The position numbers and the translations under genes are program-made. A stretch of DNA of 64,000 bases from positions 1 through 64,000 of the IMG/VR virus record IMGVR_UViG_3300036828_000547; one strand, 5' to 3'. The notes under the pieces are model-generated. The model saw only the letters and a list, made by a program, of their open reading frames with translations, did no database searches and was not told the DNA's origin. Below are positions 17,307-26,493 of the stretch, piece after piece. Source of the stretch: a virus. The first letter of the stretch is position 1, and the number at the start of each line of letters is the position of its first letter.

Positions 17307-18647
17307 ATGCCTTCTGCATCAGAAACATTAAATTCTAAACCTCCACTCGGTGCAGCACTTGCAGAAGGTGTTCGTGTACTATCTGCAGATCAAGAATTAG
17401 CATTCTCTTTATATCGGCGGTATGTGTTTCCTTTAGATGGTATGAATTATTGGATTAGGATTCCATCGAGTTCTGGATCTGTTACTACTCCCGGTATTCA
17501 GACAACTCCGGGACTAATTTCACAAACAGATGATGGTGGTGCGGCTATTCAGGTATCACCGGGTGGAATAGGTGCAGAAGATGTTGTTGGAGGTACGATA
17601 ACGAATCCATTGTCTGCTACTGATCAAGGGCTTACGACTGCTGAATCCTTATTTGTAGATTTTACTGGTCCAGCTTATGATGAAGTAACAGCGACAACCA
17701 GTGAATTGAAACCTGGAGCTAGCATAAATATCCCGGCTAATTGTACGACTGGAGCATGGGTCTGTTCTCCATCAGATAACCATCAATTTTCTGTTGTTTT
17801 ACAGCAATCAGTAACGTCTGTTACTATGCCTACAGATGTTCAGGTTAAAGGTTCATTTCATTATAGCTCACAAATTAATCAGGATGAGGATGCTGTTTTT
17901 GATTCTAACAGTGTAGTTTTTACGTCATTATCGGAAATTCAGCCGTTTAACCAAATTGGTCCTGATTATCTGTATATCTGTCACTATGACGATTTAACGT
18001 TTGCATTTGCTTCACGTGGTCGTTTATACGAGCAAGCAGACTTATATCATTATCAAGGTAGTGCTCTTAGGAGTAGACACGCTACTCAAATTATTGAGGA
18101 TGCTAGCCAATTTAATCCAACGCTTATCGTTTCTAACTCACTTCCTATCTGGCTTAACATGCCGAATTATGTTCCACCTTATCCAGGATTTACTTGTCCT
18201 CTTCCTTTGTACCCTTCCTATTTGGTTGATGATAATTTACCACCTCCTTTCGGTGCTATTCATATAGAAGATACGGAATGTATAGAAATGGGATCTGCTT
18301 ATGGGCCGCGTCTACAACAATCTCAATTGTCTAGGGAAAAGGTTAAAGTTCATTTGTATGGCGCAGATAACTTGATGGCGAGTAATTTTGTATCTTTTGT
18401 AGAACAATATTCATTAGATTGGATGAAACTTGGTTTGTCAGATTCACCAGCAATTAAGGATATCAAGTTAACACATCCAGAGTTTAAGATTTTAGCTCAG
18501 CGCAAGCTTGTAGAATTTAATATCAATTACCGGCAAAATGTTGTTCGTGATGAAGCCAGACAGTTTATCCTACATGCCAAGGTTCAGTTTTATAGTCCTC
18601 ATTGGCTAACAGATCCACAAATGGGAGAAGCTTATGCCACAGAATAA
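17307..18647 (+). CDS. head-closure/tail-terminator type protein with an inserted DQG module
   Basis: YRRYVFPLDG, GSFHY, YEQADLYHYQG, VSNSLPIWL motifs; precedes sheath. Confidence 0.65.
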   Translation: MPSASETLNSKPPLGAALAEGVRVLSADQELAFSLYRRYVFPLDGMNYWIRIPSSSGSVTTPGIQTTPGLISQTDDGGAAIQVSPGGIGAEDVVGGTITNPLSATDQGLTTAESLFVDFTGPAYDEVTATTSELKPGASINIPANCTTGAWVCSPSDNHQFSVVLQQSVTSVTMPTDVQVKGSFHYSSQINQDEDAVFDSNSVVFTSLSEIQPFNQIGPDYLYICHYDDLTFAFASRGRLYEQADLYHYQGSALRSRHATQIIEDASQFNPTLIVSNSLPIWLNMPNYVPPYPGFTCPLPLYPSYLVDDNLPPPFGAIHIEDTECIEMGSAYGPRLQQSQLSREKVKVHLYGADNLMASNFVSFVEQYSLDWMKLGLSDSPAIKDIKLTHPEFKILAQRKLVEFNINYRQNVVRDEARQFILHAKVQFYSPHWLTDPQMGEAYATE

Positions 18648-18963
18648 TGTTCTACCAGATTGGCGTGCCACTTATCCGAATGATGCTCCAGCGCAGAAAC
18701 CGGGTGGTGTGACCGTTTCGACAACTGCCACTGCTCCTCGTGTTCCAAACAAGTTCACCTATAATGCTGGAACTATTCAGATGGTGAGTGCAGAAGGAGT
18801 TCTTCAATTTCTAACTCCTGAAGGGGAATCTGTGGTAGAAGAACCACAGGCTGCAACTGAGACTGTGGAAGAAGAGACTGTGGAAGAACCTGTGGAAGAG
18901 GAATCGGTGGAAGAAGAGGAAGAAGCTCCTACTCCCACGAAGGGTAAGCCTCGTCGTCGCTAA
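18634..18963 (+). CDS. hypothetical protein with acidic tail
   Basis: GGGAG RBS; Glu-rich C-terminus. Confidence 0.65.
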   Translation: MPQNNVLPDWRATYPNDAPAQKPGGVTVSTTATAPRVPNKFTYNAGTIQMVSAEGVLQFLTPEGESVVEEPQAATETVEEETVEEPVEEESVEEEEEAPTPTKGKPRRR

Positions 18964-18992
18964 TCAATTCACATTCGTAAAGGGACGTAGCC

Positions 18993-20453
18993 ATGGCAAT
19001 CCAAACTCAATTTAGTACGGATCCCAATGCGATTGTTACGGTTCACGTTTCAATCATTGAGGCTCCAACTCCTAACACTTATCAGCGCACAGGTGCGCTG
19101 GTTTCATGTGGTGCGACGAATTTACTACCGGCGAATAATACTGCACTTTTGACTCAATTTGAGGATCTTATACCTCTGCTTAATCCTCCAATTGCCATTA
19201 CGACAACGACTTGGGCGGCGGGTATCGCAACGTGTGTAGCATCAGCCCCACTTCCTGGACCACCAGTAGTCGGTGATACATTCACGTATGTTCTTTCTGG
19301 GTTCACTCCTGCTGGCTATAATGGAAGATATGTGTGTACGGCGACAGCACCGAACACGTTTACATTCCCATTGGCAGTTAGTCCGGGAGCAGTAACGATT
19401 GAAGGAACTGCTGTTCAAGCAACTGTCATTGAACTTCAGCAAATGGCCACGACCTATTTTGGGCAGGGTAATGAAATTGGTGTCTGGGTTCTGGAACTTG
19501 GATATCAGTCATCTTTCCCAAATCGTGTAACGGCTCTTCAAAATTGGTTGAACAACAATCCATTAACAATTTATAATTTCTTATTGCCGCGTGAATGGGG
19601 TACGGCAACGAATATCGTTTTGGCTGAAAACTTGCTGAAGCAATATCAAGCTCCAGAAAAAATGGAATATTTCTGGATAACCGTTCAACAAGCCGCAATG
19701 TCAATTCTGGGGTCAACATATAAAGATGTAATCCAACTGATTGAAGCCCCTTCGCTTACTGACCCGACTCTATCGAACCTGAATGCCACCAATGGTGAAT
19801 TTACGCTGGCTTCGATGCTCTACAATGCGTTGCAATATCGTGCATCGAATACCAATCGTATCTGCCCCATGGCATTCAAGTATCTATATGGAGTCACCCA
19901 ATATCCACAAAAGGGGAACGGCCCACTTCTTGTAAGCTTTAAGACAGCGAATACGAATTATGTCACAACTGGTGCTGAAGGTGGTATTGCCTTTACGATG
20001 GTCTATGAGGGCGTAACACTAGATGGTCATGATTTCTTTAACTGGTGGTATACGATTGATTGGGTCCAGATTGAAGTTAATCTGAATTTGTCGAATGCTA
20101 TCATCAACGGTTCCAACAATCCGTTAGCACCACTCTATTATAACCAGGACGGGATCAACTACCTTGAAGTGGTGCTGATGGGTACGATGCAGGATGCTCA
20201 GACTTTTGGAATGGTGCTAGGAAAGATTGAGATGACCCAATTAGATGGTCCTGATCTCACTGCGGCCATCTACAGTGGGCAATTCGCTGCTAAGTGTGAT
20301 GTAAATGCAGTTCCATTCCTCAATTATACCTTATCAAATCCTGGTGATTATAAGATTGGTGAATATGATGGACTTTCCACTCTATTCATCCCAGCACGAG
20401 GCTTTATTCATATTCTTGTGAATATAGTCGTTAGTGATCTAGTTTCAATCTAA
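18993..20453 (+). CDS. tail sheath protein
   Basis: 486 aa; WWYTIDWVQI, LSNAIINGSNNPLAPLYYNQDGI and PARGF motifs of DUF3383-like sheaths. Confidence 0.85.
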   Translation: MAIQTQFSTDPNAIVTVHVSIIEAPTPNTYQRTGALVSCGATNLLPANNTALLTQFEDLIPLLNPPIAITTTTWAAGIATCVASAPLPGPPVVGDTFTYVLSGFTPAGYNGRYVCTATAPNTFTFPLAVSPGAVTIEGTAVQATVIELQQMATTYFGQGNEIGVWVLELGYQSSFPNRVTALQNWLNNNPLTIYNFLLPREWGTATNIVLAENLLKQYQAPEKMEYFWITVQQAAMSILGSTYKDVIQLIEAPSLTDPTLSNLNATNGEFTLASMLYNALQYRASNTNRICPMAFKYLYGVTQYPQKGNGPLLVSFKTANTNYVTTGAEGGIAFTMVYEGVTLDGHDFFNWWYTIDWVQIEVNLNLSNAIINGSNNPLAPLYYNQDGINYLEVVLMGTMQDAQTFGMVLGKIEMTQLDGPDLTAAIYSGQFAAKCDVNAVPFLNYTLSNPGDYKIGEYDGLSTLFIPARGFIHILVNIVVSDLVSI

Positions 20454-20463
20454 GGAGTGACCC

Positions 20464-20904
20464 ATGGCCTTTCAGTTCACACCTCCTGGAGTTCTGAATA
20501 GGCTCCGGGCATCTGTCACCTATAGTGATCATCCTGAACTTAACGTCACATCCAGCTTTCTCACAACAGAGGGAATTCGGCTGGCATTGGAAGGAAATGC
20601 AACAGACTTACTCCCGGCTATGGTGAGTCTGGTCAGTAGTCCTGCTCCATATCTTGCGGCATCAATAACAATGTCGATTGTGCGTAGTTCTGCACTGGCA
20701 CAACTCTATAAGCTTCAGATTGAAGATACGACTCTTATGGGTCTTGTCACAATATGGCCTGATACAGATGTGCTGACACCATTTGTACTGAATAATGTAG
20801 CACTGGAAAGTGTCCGGGAAATGGCGATGGCGGGAATGGAAGCCGCCATGGTTGTGACGGCTCGTGGTTACTATAACGTGAACACAACGTTCTTTGGTAC
20901 GTAA
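20464..20904 (+). CDS. tail tube protein
   Basis: follows sheath; GVLNRLRASV...LNVT and GYYNVN motifs. Confidence 0.8.
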   Translation: MAFQFTPPGVLNRLRASVTYSDHPELNVTSSFLTTEGIRLALEGNATDLLPAMVSLVSSPAPYLAASITMSIVRSSALAQLYKLQIEDTTLMGLVTIWPDTDVLTPFVLNNVALESVREMAMAGMEAAMVVTARGYYNVNTTFFGT

Positions 20905-20913
20905 AGCAAAATG

Positions 20914-20942
20914 TTGCGGTTCACGATATAGTGTGGTATAAT
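20914..20942 (+). promoter_or_regulatory. sigma70-type promoter of the moron
   Basis: TTGCGG-17-TATAAT with TGTGG extended -10. Confidence 0.75.
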
Positions 20943-20979
20943 ATTCATCTTACTCATCTACAACAAATGGGAGATATAA

Positions 20980-21639
20980 ATGCCGTTCGTAAAAGGCTAT
21001 CTCGAGATTATTGGTGACGCACCGGGTTATCCGGCACATCCTATCGCTCCTGGTGGTCCGCCTCCGCAAGTTTGGCCGGGACCTGGATATCCAGCGCATC
21101 CGATTGCACCGGGCGGTCCGCCTCCACAGGTTTGGCCGGGACCGGGTCAGCCAACGCATCCGATCGTTATCCCACCGGATGCAATTGCACCGGGAGTACC
21201 GACGCATCCGATCTATATTCCGGTGTATCCAGGTCACCCAATTGTGATTCCACCGGGTAGCCTCGGAGGTGGCAAGCCTGAACATCCTATCTATCTGCCG
21301 CCGCCTGAGGTCTGGCCGGGACCGGGTCTACCGACGCATCCGATTGCTCCTGGTGGTGGACCAGCGCATCCGATTGTTATCCCACCGGACTCGGTTGCTC
21401 CGGGCGTACCATCTCATCCGATTGTGATTCCACCTCCACCGCTCGGCATCTGGGGTGGCGCTCCGGTTCCTGTCCCTACGCCGCCAATCTTCCTGCCACC
21501 TGATACTCCAGATGAGGAAAGGAAGAAGCTGATTACTTGGCACATTGGTTGGAGTGAACCCACTGGATGGGTCGTTGTCGGTACACCCAATGTTCCGGCA
21601 CCGGCACCGTCTGCTGCGAAGCCTGCTGCGAAGACTTAA
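20980..21639 (+). CDS. proline-rich PxHPI-repeat protein (moron)
   Basis: GGGAG RBS; nine HPI repeats. Confidence 0.85.
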   Translation: MPFVKGYLEIIGDAPGYPAHPIAPGGPPPQVWPGPGYPAHPIAPGGPPPQVWPGPGQPTHPIVIPPDAIAPGVPTHPIYIPVYPGHPIVIPPGSLGGGKPEHPIYLPPPEVWPGPGLPTHPIAPGGGPAHPIVIPPDSVAPGVPSHPIVIPPPPLGIWGGAPVPVPTPPIFLPPDTPDEERKKLITWHIGWSEPTGWVVVGTPNVPAPAPSAAKPAAKT

Positions 21640-21645
21640 GAAATC

Positions 21646-21680
21646 AGGGTCTGCTACCTAATGGTAGCAGACCCTTCTTA
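21646..21680 (+). terminator. intrinsic terminator hairpin with weak U-tract
   Basis: AGGGTCTGCTACC-TAAT-GGTAGCAGACCCT then TCTTA. Confidence 0.7.
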
Positions 21681-21701
21681 CTAGGAAATCGGAGAAAAGT
21701 A

Positions 21702-22271
21702 ATGGCGGAAGTAAAGCTAAACAGAAAACTCAATCTGGTAATGGATGTTGAAACTGGTGAGGGTATTATTCATGTCCATTCAGTGCCGATTAGCAGGGAG
21801 GTATTCGAAGATAACTTTCTTGTCATATCGAGAACATTCACGGCGGTTTACACGAATGGCCTTGGACCAGTGACCGGGCCGCGAGTAGCGGCCCTTCTTC
21901 TAAAGCAAGAAGCTGAAGCATTGGGTGTATGGCCACGCACTCAACAATCCTTGATGGCTGAAATCTATCGGCTAACGAATGTGATTGCTCCTGGTCCTAC
22001 TGGTTGGGAATCTATGCCGTTTGATGTTGCCAAGAAGCGTGGCATTCTTGATGACGATGCAGCCGCAGAAGTGGAGAACTGTATCGTATATTTTACATGC
22101 GCCTCGTCGATCCACCTAAAAGCGGAGCTAACGGTGGCGACGGAGGGCTTGAGCACACTCTGGGGCGCGCAAACCATCTCATCGAATGCTATGGAATATA
22201 CTCGTTCTTTGCCGATCTTGACGCAGGAAGAGACTACTGGCGAGAGTCTGAAAACGGCGACGAATCCATAG
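21702..22271 (+). CDS. tail assembly chaperone (G-like)
   Basis: GGAG RBS at ATG 21702; between tube and tape measure. Confidence 0.75.
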   Translation: MAEVKLNRKLNLVMDVETGEGIIHVHSVPISREVFEDNFLVISRTFTAVYTNGLGPVTGPRVAALLLKQEAEALGVWPRTQQSLMAEIYRLTNVIAPGPTGWESMPFDVAKKRGILDDDAAAEVENCIVYFTCASSIHLKAELTVATEGLSTLWGAQTISSNAMEYTRSLPILTQEETTGESLKTATNP

Positions 22272-22402
22272 TTCAATCTTGTTTGTCGTGGTTGGTGGAC
22301 GAAGGATTCAAAGCATTCTTCGATCAATTTGAAATGTCGTGGCCGCATAACTCCCGGTTAGAGTGGCAGCAGCGATATATGATTGCTATGTGGAAAGCTT
22401 GA
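22055..22402 (+). CDS. -1 frame extension of the tail chaperone (GT-like), putative programmed frameshift
   Basis: -1 frame open 22055-22402, stop abuts TMP ATG, no well-spaced RBS. Confidence 0.55.
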   Translation, partial: RCSRRSGELYRIFYMRLVDPPKSGANGGDGGLEHTLGRANHLIECYGIYSFFADLDAGRDYWRESENGDESIVQSCLSWLVDEGFKAFFDQFEMSWPHNSRLEWQQRYMIAMWKA

Positions 22403-25111
22403 ATGGCTACAATTCCTATAACAGTCCCGCAAGACTTCTTCAAGAACATGAACCAATTCATGGCGAATGTTCAGAAGATGCAGCAACTTACGGATAAATT
22501 TCTTCGACAGGCGCAACAGTTGTCATCGGCGCAAAGTCTTATTCTATCACATAAGGCTATGACCAGTCGAATGAGTCAATTACTTCAAGTGTTGCGAAAA
22601 ATTTCCGCATCACTTCAGAGAACCCTTGATATGATCGTGAATGCACTAGGACCAACAGCTAGGATATTCATGCGAAGTTTGGCTTTAGCTGGAGAGGTTC
22701 TTGGCCCTATTATAGCTATTTCTATTGGGATAGGAGGTATGGCTATTTCTGCCGCAATGTTTGGAATGAAGTGGTTCTGGGATAAGATGGTTTCTCTTGG
22801 TGATTCTATGCTCCAAGATTTTCTGCTTGCTTCTGGATCTCTTTCTTCGATTGGTGGATTACGAGCATTCCGTGCTGCTTTTGGTGGATTGCCAGGAGAT
22901 CTTGGTTTGCCGGGAATGGTACAAGCACGTGGATATCAAGCTTCTCCGCAATTTGCTGCTTTGAAATTATTGGGGATCAAAGCTCAAGCAGATACTATAG
23001 ACATGATGTTACAGACAACTCTGGCGGCAGCGGCGTTTATGAAACGTCAGCCAAAAGGGCTTACACTAGGAATGGCTGAAGCAACTGGTTTAACTTCAAT
23101 CTTTAGTCCAGAACGTTTAATGGCATTAAGAGAAATGGATGAGAAAGAACTACAAGCCTATAAAGAAGTATATGAACGATATAAACCGTTGATGCAAATA
23201 ACTGATAAGGTACGCAAAAGCTGGATGAATTTTTCGTTTCAAATAAAGGCGGCAGGAGCACAGATCGTAGCAATAATTGTAGAAAAGTTGGCTGATCCTA
23301 ATGCTCCATTTACTCAAGCTGTAACTCATTTAAGTGAGAGTATCGTGAAGTTTTTTAGAGTTTTTATGGAGACCCCGCTCACAAAAAAGTTAATAGAAAG
23401 ACTTGGATACTATATTGATGAATTTGCAAAATGGATGAAAAAGCCAGAAACTACTCAAACAATAGAAAAATTGATAGAAGATATAGGTGATATAGTAAAG
23501 TCTACAATAGAGGCGATAAGTTATCTCAAACAGATAGTAGAGATGTTTCGTGGGGTTACACCAGAACATCTTCATGGTAGAAGAGCTCTTGCACAACAAT
23601 TAGGAATGGAACATCCTGGAAGAGCTCGTGCTGAGTTTGTTGCTAGACATCCAGGTATGGCTAGATTTACACATAGGATTGGAATAGAACGACCTGCTGG
23701 TGCTCCTCCTGCTGCTGTTCCCAGTGCAGCGCCCATTTCGCGATATCCTGGTAGAGAAAGATTTCATGAGAAGATTGGAATAGCCCGTCCTCCAACGGCT
23801 CCTAGGATTTCTCCTAGAACTGGGAAAAGTGAAATTAGCAGTGGTCGACGTGGATACAGGGGTGACTATGGCGACATTAAACCTTCAACTGGAACATTAA
23901 GAGAAGGACAGGTTAATTCATCTGATTTATATAATTCGTACAAGGAGAAATTTAAAAATTCTTCTCTCAATGGTTATGTTCCAAAAGATGGTGCCCGGTG
24001 GGGTATCACAAAAGGTACACCAGAAGAATGGGCTCGGTTGGCTACAGCAACTTCGAAACAAGAATCTGGCTTAAACTCTAATGCCGGAGGTGGTGGTCTT
24101 AATCAATTTCAATCAAATGATCTTCGTAATTATGGTGTAAGTGGAAGTGTGAATGACCCCAATGTACAGGTTGATGCACTGGTAAATCAATGGTCTAAAC
24201 ATATTCGTCAAGATGGTGTAGTTTCACAACCGGCACCTGGGAATGATGGACGAGGAAATAATTGGCTTGGTGCTGGTCGTTACTTCGGGTCAATGCGTGA
24301 TCAAGGATGGCATGGGAAAAAACAAGCTGATGTTGATAAACATCTAGGTGAGAATGGATGGGCTGACAAAGCTCAGAGACAGGCAGAAGGAAAAGCACCA
24401 CCTCCTAGAGTTCCAGTTGGTGGTGATGCTGGTGGGGTTTCAAGAACTTATGAACGACGTAAAGGTGAGCCGGGTGAATTTAACTATGCCGCGACTGGTG
24501 CTCTCGGTGCTCCGGGTCAAAATTTAACGACAGTTACATTTAAGGATGGACAGACAGCAACAGTCAATAAAAATGTAGCAGAACGATATACTGGATTTGT
24601 AAATGAAATGATAGATAAAGGATACCCGGTTGATTTAAAGGGTGGTGGTGGATACGCAGATCGTGGAAAGCGCGGTGGTGGTGGTCTTTCGATGCATTCA
24701 TATGGTGCAGCATTAGATATCAATGTGTCGAAGAATGCATATAAAGGCAGCACAACTGATCTACCAAGTGATGTTGAAGAAACTGCTTGGAAACATGGAT
24801 TATCTTGGGGTGGTCGTTTTGGTGACCCTATGCATTTTGAGCCTATGAGTCCTGAAGCTTGGGAGCATAAACGTAAGATATTAGAAGGACAGGGAAAAGA
24901 CCAAACAACAGCGACAACTACACCTTCACCATCAGTTCAAACGCAATGGCCAGATCCAAAAATAACAAGATTGCCAGAGCGTACAAATCCTGTTGATCAC
25001 GTGAAGATTGATAATCGCTCTGATCATGATATCAGTGAGACTAAGACGCATTCTGACAATGATTCAGGTAAAACAGAAAATGCGGATCAGTTAGAACCAG
25101 CAGATCAATGA
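22403..25111 (+). CDS. tape measure protein 1 with SLT-like and M15 peptidase domains
   Basis: helical N-terminal half; KQESGLN..GLNQF; SMHSYGAALDIN..WGGRFGDPMHFE. Confidence 0.8.
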   Translation: MATIPITVPQDFFKNMNQFMANVQKMQQLTDKFLRQAQQLSSAQSLILSHKAMTSRMSQLLQVLRKISASLQRTLDMIVNALGPTARIFMRSLALAGEVLGPIIAISIGIGGMAISAAMFGMKWFWDKMVSLGDSMLQDFLLASGSLSSIGGLRAFRAAFGGLPGDLGLPGMVQARGYQASPQFAALKLLGIKAQADTIDMMLQTTLAAAAFMKRQPKGLTLGMAEATGLTSIFSPERLMALREMDEKELQAYKEVYERYKPLMQITDKVRKSWMNFSFQIKAAGAQIVAIIVEKLADPNAPFTQAVTHLSESIVKFFRVFMETPLTKKLIERLGYYIDEFAKWMKKPETTQTIEKLIEDIGDIVKSTIEAISYLKQIVEMFRGVTPEHLHGRRALAQQLGMEHPGRARAEFVARHPGMARFTHRIGIERPAGAPPAAVPSAAPISRYPGRERFHEKIGIARPPTAPRISPRTGKSEISSGRRGYRGDYGDIKPSTGTLREGQVNSSDLYNSYKEKFKNSSLNGYVPKDGARWGITKGTPEEWARLATATSKQESGLNSNAGGGGLNQFQSNDLRNYGVSGSVNDPNVQVDALVNQWSKHIRQDGVVSQPAPGNDGRGNNWLGAGRYFGSMRDQGWHGKKQADVDKHLGENGWADKAQRQAEGKAPPPRVPVGGDAGGVSRTYERRKGEPGEFNYAATGALGAPGQNLTTVTFKDGQTATVNKNVAERYTGFVNEMIDKGYPVDLKGGGGYADRGKRGGGGLSMHSYGAALDINVSKNAYKGSTTDLPSDVEETAWKHGLSWGGRFGDPMHFEPMSPEAWEHKRKILEGQGKDQTTATTTPSPSVQTQWPDPKITRLPERTNPVDHVKIDNRSDHDISETKTHSDNDSGKTENADQLEPADQ

Positions 25112-26493
25112 GATATTACAACATCAAAATTGACGGAGCACCGTCTGTATTCCCGGCTAGGTATGATGGAGGTGCGCAATGGGGAACTACATTGAATGGT
25201 GTGCATGATCCAAATGCACAACAAATTGATTTTCAATTAATAGCATGGGATTCAGGAGCACCTACTGAAAATAGTGTTCTTACCGTTTATGGTGTTAGTT
25301 GGGATCAAATTAAAGCATGTAATCAATTAGTCGGTAAGCCGATTGCAGTTAATGGAGGAATGTCAAGTCCTGGACTGCCTCTTGCTGAATTTCAGTCTCA
25401 TAGACCTAAAAATTTGATATATGGTACAATTCTTAAGTGTTGGGGAAACTGGATTGGGAATGAAACTTCTATTGGATTTGCCTTCTTACCTTCTGGAGCA
25501 GTCTCCGCTGGGAGTGATATCGGTGGAGGTGGTGGTGGAGGGGGAGGAAATGGTGGGGGAGATGGTGGTGCTGCTAGTCCCGGAGGACAGAGCTTTAGTG
25601 TAAATCGCTCTGGATTACGCTCAATAGATCGTAGGTCATTTTCCGTAGGTCGCCCTTCAGTTGATAATCGTGCTTTTTCTCCATTAGGTGTGGATCCATC
25701 AACCCTTGCACAACAGATAGGAGGGAAAATTATTTCTGATTTTGATATTGGTCCTGCAACATCACAAATTGGAGGTGTCATTAATTCATTTTTTGGTGGT
25801 GGTAACGTTTCTCCATTGTCTAAACCTTTGAATTTAATCCATAATATGATGCCAAATATACCTTTGTCGAGCGCAATGCAAGAAACATTATCGAAAGCAT
25901 TTCCTCATGCTGATCTCAATATAGCTATTTCTTCAGCGTTGAAATTAGGATATCAAGATGCAGGTATGTATCAATCTGTTGAACAATATATTGGATATAT
26001 CAATAAGCTTAGTCAATCTATTTTTGGAACTAAATCATATCCTGGTGTTCATTTAAGTACAATAGATAATAAACTAGACGTATGGGATGGATCCTCATCT
26101 ATTGGTAGCGGTGATATTAATTATTTAGAGTTAATTGGGCAACCGACTTGGATAGAAGTAAATGTGGTGAATATTAAAGTTGTATTGCGAGGTGGATTTA
26201 GGGTTGGCATGGATCTTACATTACCTCAAACTGTGGTTAATTTCAGTGGACCAGATGCATTTTCCGCAGCTCCTGACCAAAGATCACACATTTCACTTCC
26301 AGGTGTTTATAAGATTCGAAAAATCCTTCATGTTGGTGATTTCCGAAATCCAGATGGGGCAAATTGGAGCACTAATATAGAAGCATGGGGTAATGCTTCA
26401 GTAACCGGTGCTCAGGATTCTGAGCCACAACCACCACAGACTGAAACTGTGATTACAGTACGTCCACCTCCAGGCGGATTCCCAGGTCATTAA
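25108..26493 (+). CDS. baseplate hub protein
   Basis: MRYYNIKI, GNWIG, LIGQPTWI and HVGDFRNPDGANW motifs. Confidence 0.7.
   Translation: MRYYNIKIDGAPSVFPARYDGGAQWGTTLNGVHDPNAQQIDFQLIAWDSGAPTENSVLTVYGVSWDQIKACNQLVGKPIAVNGGMSSPGLPLAEFQSHRPKNLIYGTILKCWGNWIGNETSIGFAFLPSGAVSAGSDIGGGGGGGGGNGGGDGGAASPGGQSFSVNRSGLRSIDRRSFSVGRPSVDNRAFSPLGVDPSTLAQQIGGKIISDFDIGPATSQIGGVINSFFGGGNVSPLSKPLNLIHNMMPNIPLSSAMQETLSKAFPHADLNIAISSALKLGYQDAGMYQSVEQYIGYINKLSQSIFGTKSYPGVHLSTIDNKLDVWDGSSSIGSGDINYLELIGQPTWIEVNVVNIKVVLRGGFRVGMDLTLPQTVVNFSGPDAFSAAPDQRSHISLPGVYKIRKILHVGDFRNPDGANWSTNIEAWGNASVTGAQDSEPQPPQTETVITVRPPPGGFPGH

Noticed and set aside
21567-21701. Longer N-terminus of the tail chaperone given in the ORF track
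   Set aside because: Overlaps the moron gene and terminator; ATG 21702 has a GGAG RBS.
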